From positions 1 through 60,420 of IMG/VR virus record IMGVR_UViG_3300042549_004702: a stretch of 60,420 nt of DNA, one strand, 5' to 3'. The position numbers and the translations under genes were made by a program. The DNA is from a virus. Its lineage: Duplodnaviria > Caudoviricetes. The notes below the pieces were generated by a model. That model had not been told where the DNA came from. It worked only from the letters and a program-made list of their open reading frames with translations, and did no database searches. This document shows positions 57,356 through 60,420 of the stretch, piece by piece (the stretch's first letter is position 1; every line of letters starts with the position of its first letter).

Positions 57356-57434
57356 TATTTACTAAATAGTGGTTTAGTAATACTAGGTTGTTTTGGTTTA
57401 GATATGGCTTAGTAAAGTCATTTAGTAAAGTCAT
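57356..57434. promoter_or_regulatory. 11-6-11 inverted repeat plus a 13-bp tandem repeat (recombination site or operator)
   Basis: TATTTACTAAA-TAGTGG-TTTAGTAATAC; TTAGTAAAGTCAT twice at 57409 and 57422. Confidence 0.55.
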
Positions 57435-57720
57435 CCCGCGACACATTGGATCTGCTCAGCACCTCACGGGCCTTGCTTATCCAGATCTCATCTTTGATGG
57501 CTTTGCTTACTAATGCCTCAGCCAGCAAACAGTGAAGATCGTACGACGACGCAAAGAGTGTCGCGTTCTCCAAGTGTGGCACGCTTCCACTCCTAGAGCT
57601 GAAGTTGTCGCCGCACCATCCAATCGGCTCTCCCTTCGGCCCTTCGATAGCAGTGCCCCAACCTCTAGGTCGAACAACGTATGGGCCAGTCGTGCACGGT
57701 CTTTTTGTTTTCTTTGCCAT
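57418..57720 (-). CDS. Hypothetical phage protein
   Basis: GAGG RBS; TTGPY...ENATLFASSYDL. Confidence 0.6.
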   Translation of the reverse strand: MAKKTKRPCTTGPYVVRPRGWGTAIEGPKGEPIGWCGDNFSSRSGSVPHLENATLFASSYDLHCLLAEALVSKAIKDEIWISKAREVLSRSNVSRDDFTK

Positions 57721-57721
57721 A

Positions 57722-57919
57722 CTACCTCGTCCTTTCGTTTTCATACTCAATCGGCCAGTTCGTAAGCTCTCGCTCCAACTCGGCAATCCGCGACTTCAAC
57801 GATGCGATCTCTGCCGCTTGCATCTCAACCACGCTTTCAAGATAGTCAATCGCCATCCACGGGTTGAGCTTCTTGGCTAGTGCCATTCGCTTTGCCGCTT
57901 CCTCTTCGATCGTTGCCAT
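57722..57919 (-). CDS. Small coiled-coil protein
   Basis: GGAG RBS; EIASLKSRIAELE. Confidence 0.6.
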   Translation of the reverse strand: MATIEEEAAKRMALAKKLNPWMAIDYLESVVEMQAAEIASLKSRIAELERELTNWPIEYENERTR

Positions 57920-57946
57920 TGCGTCACGTCTCCCGACTCGGTAAGT

Positions 57947-58834
57947 CTAGCCAACTTTGAGAAAATCACCGGACGACTCGTCCGGCCTATTGTGCAAGTA
58001 TCGATCGGTGATTGAGATCGACGAATGACCCAGCGTTGAGCTGACTAGCTTCAGCGGCGCGCCGTGGTCGAGTGAGTGTGTGGCGTGGCTATGCCTGAAC
58101 CAGTGCGGCGAGAGCTTGTCCGTGATGCCTGCGCGCTTCGCCGTAGCCTTGACGATACTCCACGCCCTCTGACGGGTGATCGGAAAGATACGCTCGCTAT
58201 TCTCTGCCCCGTCACGAATATCCTGCAACGCTGACACAAGCGTTAGCGGTATCTGTACCACTCGCGTCTTGCCGCCTTTGCCGAATAGCGTGACTTGGCC
58301 TTGCTCCGGCTTGACGACCAGATCCGCCCAGGTGATCGTTACCACTTCCGATATGCGGCCTGCCGTGCGATACATCATACGGATGAGTGCCTTGTCGCGA
58401 GGACTCCAAGCCGCCATCGTAAGCCTCAGTACCTCCTCTTCGGTCAGGATGCGTTCGTTGAGGGTATCCTTGCTTTGAGGTGCTCTCAGCAAAGCTGCCA
58501 CGTTGACGCGCACATATCCGATCTTGTGGCAGAAGCTGTACAACGACTTGACCGACGCTATCCGCTGCGCCTGAGTTGCCGGACGCATCGACGAGAGCGA
58601 CTCGGTGAAAATCAGCAGGTCATTCAGCGTCATCTCGCAGATCTGGCGACCAGTCACTTCGAAGAGGCGACGCACTGATAACTGGTACTGGTACACGGTC
58701 TTTGCGTTGCGCTTCGTCGCCAGCCATAGCGCGATGACCTGATCGTCATTCGCGGCATCAGCTACGGACATATCACCTGCATTGCGGATGAGCTGCCGTG
58801 GCTGTTCTGGTTCGTATCTCTGGATATTCGACAT
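57947..58834 (-). CDS. Tyrosine recombinase (XerC/D-like size)
   Basis: GRISE, GKGGK, HWFRH, LGH, TDRY catalytic residues. Confidence 0.93.
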   Translation of the reverse strand: MSNIQRYEPEQPRQLIRNAGDMSVADAANDDQVIALWLATKRNAKTVYQYQLSVRRLFEVTGRQICEMTLNDLLIFTESLSSMRPATQAQRIASVKSLYSFCHKIGYVRVNVAALLRAPQSKDTLNERILTEEEVLRLTMAAWSPRDKALIRMMYRTAGRISEVVTITWADLVVKPEQGQVTLFGKGGKTRVVQIPLTLVSALQDIRDGAENSERIFPITRQRAWSIVKATAKRAGITDKLSPHWFRHSHATHSLDHGAPLKLVSSTLGHSSISITDRYLHNRPDESSGDFLKVG

Positions 58835-58837
58835 AGC

Positions 58838-59461
58838 TCAGTTCCCTTTTCCCAAGATATCCGTAACTGTCTTCTCGACATCCGCATAGACAACGTCGTA
58901 TGGTCGATCGGCATCGATGAACATCAGTTCGCCTGTCCACGAATGCGTATACTTCGCCGGATCGCGTCGAATAGCTTCGTACGCTCCCCACGCTCGAAAC
59001 AGTTCTTCACGTTCACGATCCGTCATTGATCGCTTCTCGCGATCCTCAATGCGTCTGCATATCGTGTCAAAAGGCGCGTAGAATATGATCGTAGCTGACA
59101 CTGATACGCTGTTCATCGCCACGTCGTTCAGTTCGATCAGCCAGTCAAGATCGACGTTGCCAGACTTGCCCTTCGCGCTTCCCTGGTAGACCATCGTTGA
59201 CAGCGGCCCACGGTCGCAGATGATGTGGTCGTCTTCGAGCCATTCGCGGACCTCCGCCATATGCAGACGGCGATCAGCGCAATAGAGCATCGTCTGCGTC
59301 GTCACGTCAGCGTGTCGCGAGGTGGCCAGATCGCGTATTGAGCCGTCAAATGGCTCACTTGTTGTTTCCACATCTAGCGCGATGTAGACAGCACCGATAA
59401 CGCTCGACTTGCCGATGCCATCCGGCCCTTCAAAGAATATGAGTTTATGCTTCTGGTTCAT
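58838..59461 (-). CDS. tmk: Thymidylate kinase
   Basis: FEGPDGIGKS, LYCADR, ICDRGPLSTMVYQG. Confidence 0.9.
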   Translation of the reverse strand: MNQKHKLIFFEGPDGIGKSSVIGAVYIALDVETTSEPFDGSIRDLATSRHADVTTQTMLYCADRRLHMAEVREWLEDDHIICDRGPLSTMVYQGSAKGKSGNVDLDWLIELNDVAMNSVSVSATIIFYAPFDTICRRIEDREKRSMTDREREELFRAWGAYEAIRRDPAKYTHSWTGELMFIDADRPYDVVYADVEKTVTDILGKGN

Positions 59462-59768
59462 TGCGATCCTTTCTTGCTTGTGAGCGTTCGATTGCCTTGG
59501 TGAGCAAGATACGCGTATCGTCGTCTGTTGCGTCAACAGGCATTTTGTGACCATCGAGAAGTCTGACGATTTGCGCCACGTCTCGATCTTCATTGAGGTC
59601 GTAAAGACCTGCGTAGAATGACGGAATAGTAACGGTCACTGAAGAGCTTGAGTCAGTGTCTGGCGACACCGCGAAGTGAAATCGAAGTTCGTATGCAGTG
59701 CCGGATTCGGTCAGATCGCGCACCGGATCAAGCGTGTAAGTTGTGGTTGTTTGCATTGTGATAGTCAT
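59445..59768 (-). CDS. Hypothetical protein
   Basis: AGGA RBS; overlaps the tmk start. Confidence 0.6.
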   Translation of the reverse strand: MTITMQTTTTYTLDPVRDLTESGTAYELRFHFAVSPDTDSSSSVTVTIPSFYAGLYDLNEDRDVAQIVRLLDGHKMPVDATDDDTRILLTKAIERSQARKDRNEPEA

Positions 59769-59868
59769 TGTGCTTCCTGTTTTCTCGTCGTCAGGATGGC
59801 CTACAATCGATTATTGCAAGCCATCCCAGTGGTTAGTATGAGCGGCCAAACTGGCCACGCGCTCAACC

Positions 59869-59952
59869 TCAGTATCCTCCACCGTCGCTGCCGTCATCTC
59901 TCGTCCACCACATCCACAGAAGCGCAACGATAAATCCACCGATGATGATCAT
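59869..59952 (-). CDS. 27-aa membrane micropeptide (not in ORF track)
   Basis: ATGA overlap; MIIIGGFIVALLWMWWTRDDGSDGGGY. Confidence 0.4.
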   Translation of the reverse strand: MIIIGGFIVALLWMWWTRDDGSDGGGY

Positions 59953-60413
59953 CTTGCACCTCCGTTGCAGCCGTCGTTAAATGCCGACTCGACGACGCGC
60001 ACCAACCACATCCCAAAGTACGCGCGCTGATGAGGATTGCCGCTGATCGAGTACGCGCGCACGAGTCCAGCCAACGTCATATTCGGGGCTTCGTCGTGCC
60101 ACGCTGCCAACCTGATGTCACCGATGATCGATGATCCGGCAATCGAGTACTGCACCGCAGCCGATGCGGACTCGTGGACGAAAAACGCATCACGCGATCC
60201 GCCGACGACGCGCAGGTATTGCACAGCGTCTACCGGCTGGAGGTATCCGTATGCTCTGCCCTGGACGATCACAGATCGGCGAAGCGGCTGATGCGTGGTG
60301 ATCGTTTCCGGCCGATAGACGCACACCGGCCCTCCGGGTGCATCGAATGACTGGGCGTGGGCGGGAATAGCCAGTGCGACTATCCCAAGTATCGTTGCGA
60401 GTATTGCTTTCAT
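59949..60413 (-). CDS. Secreted hypothetical protein
   Basis: Signal peptide MKAILATILGIVALAIPAHA-Q; GAGG RBS. Confidence 0.7.
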   Translation of the reverse strand: MKAILATILGIVALAIPAHAQSFDAPGGPVCVYRPETITTHQPLRRSVIVQGRAYGYLQPVDAVQYLRVVGGSRDAFFVHESASAAVQYSIAGSSIIGDIRLAAWHDEAPNMTLAGLVRAYSISGNPHQRAYFGMWLVRVVESAFNDGCNGGAR

Positions 60414-60420
60414 AGTCCTC
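60283..60420. repeat. Terminal overlap, copy 2
   Basis: Matches 1-138. Confidence 0.95.

Noticed and set aside
1-60420. Canonical CRISPR array, or cas1/cas2/cas3/dinG
   Set aside because: I found no run of 25-40 bp repeats with 25-45 bp unique spacers by eye, including around csf and cas6e. A degenerate mini-array could have been missed.

Overview
The window is an apparently complete ~60.3 kb long-tailed (siphovirus-like) phage genome. Bases 1-138 repeat at 60283-60420, so the assembly is circular. A leftward early arm (55263-60420 joined to 1-7632) carries DnaN, Cas6e, a tyrosine recombinase, Tmk, dCTP deaminase, Bet and many small ORFs in repeat-bounded cassettes. A rightward arm carries a Xis-like HTH, a structured non-coding region with two tRNA-like RNAs, SNF2 helicase, DNA MTase, an initiator with iterons, DnaB, ThyX, lysis genes, MuF, a ParB plus ABC-ATPase/GNAT cassette, terminase, and head and tail genes. 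The main result is three separate CRISPR-derived components with no cas1/cas2 and no canonical array that I could find. (1) A translationally coupled type IV-B-like operon (csf1-csf2-csf3-cysH-like plus a glycosyltransferase) lies between terL and portal; its Cas7 carries a ~180 aa insertion that may be the missing Cas11. (2) An orphan type I-E-like Cas6e lies about 22 kb away. (3) A Csx20-like putative ring nuclease sits in the early region. Hairpin repeats, tRNA mimics and a palindromic 8-mer cluster are candidate RNA or DNA partners. All family calls come from motif recognition by eye; no database searches were run.
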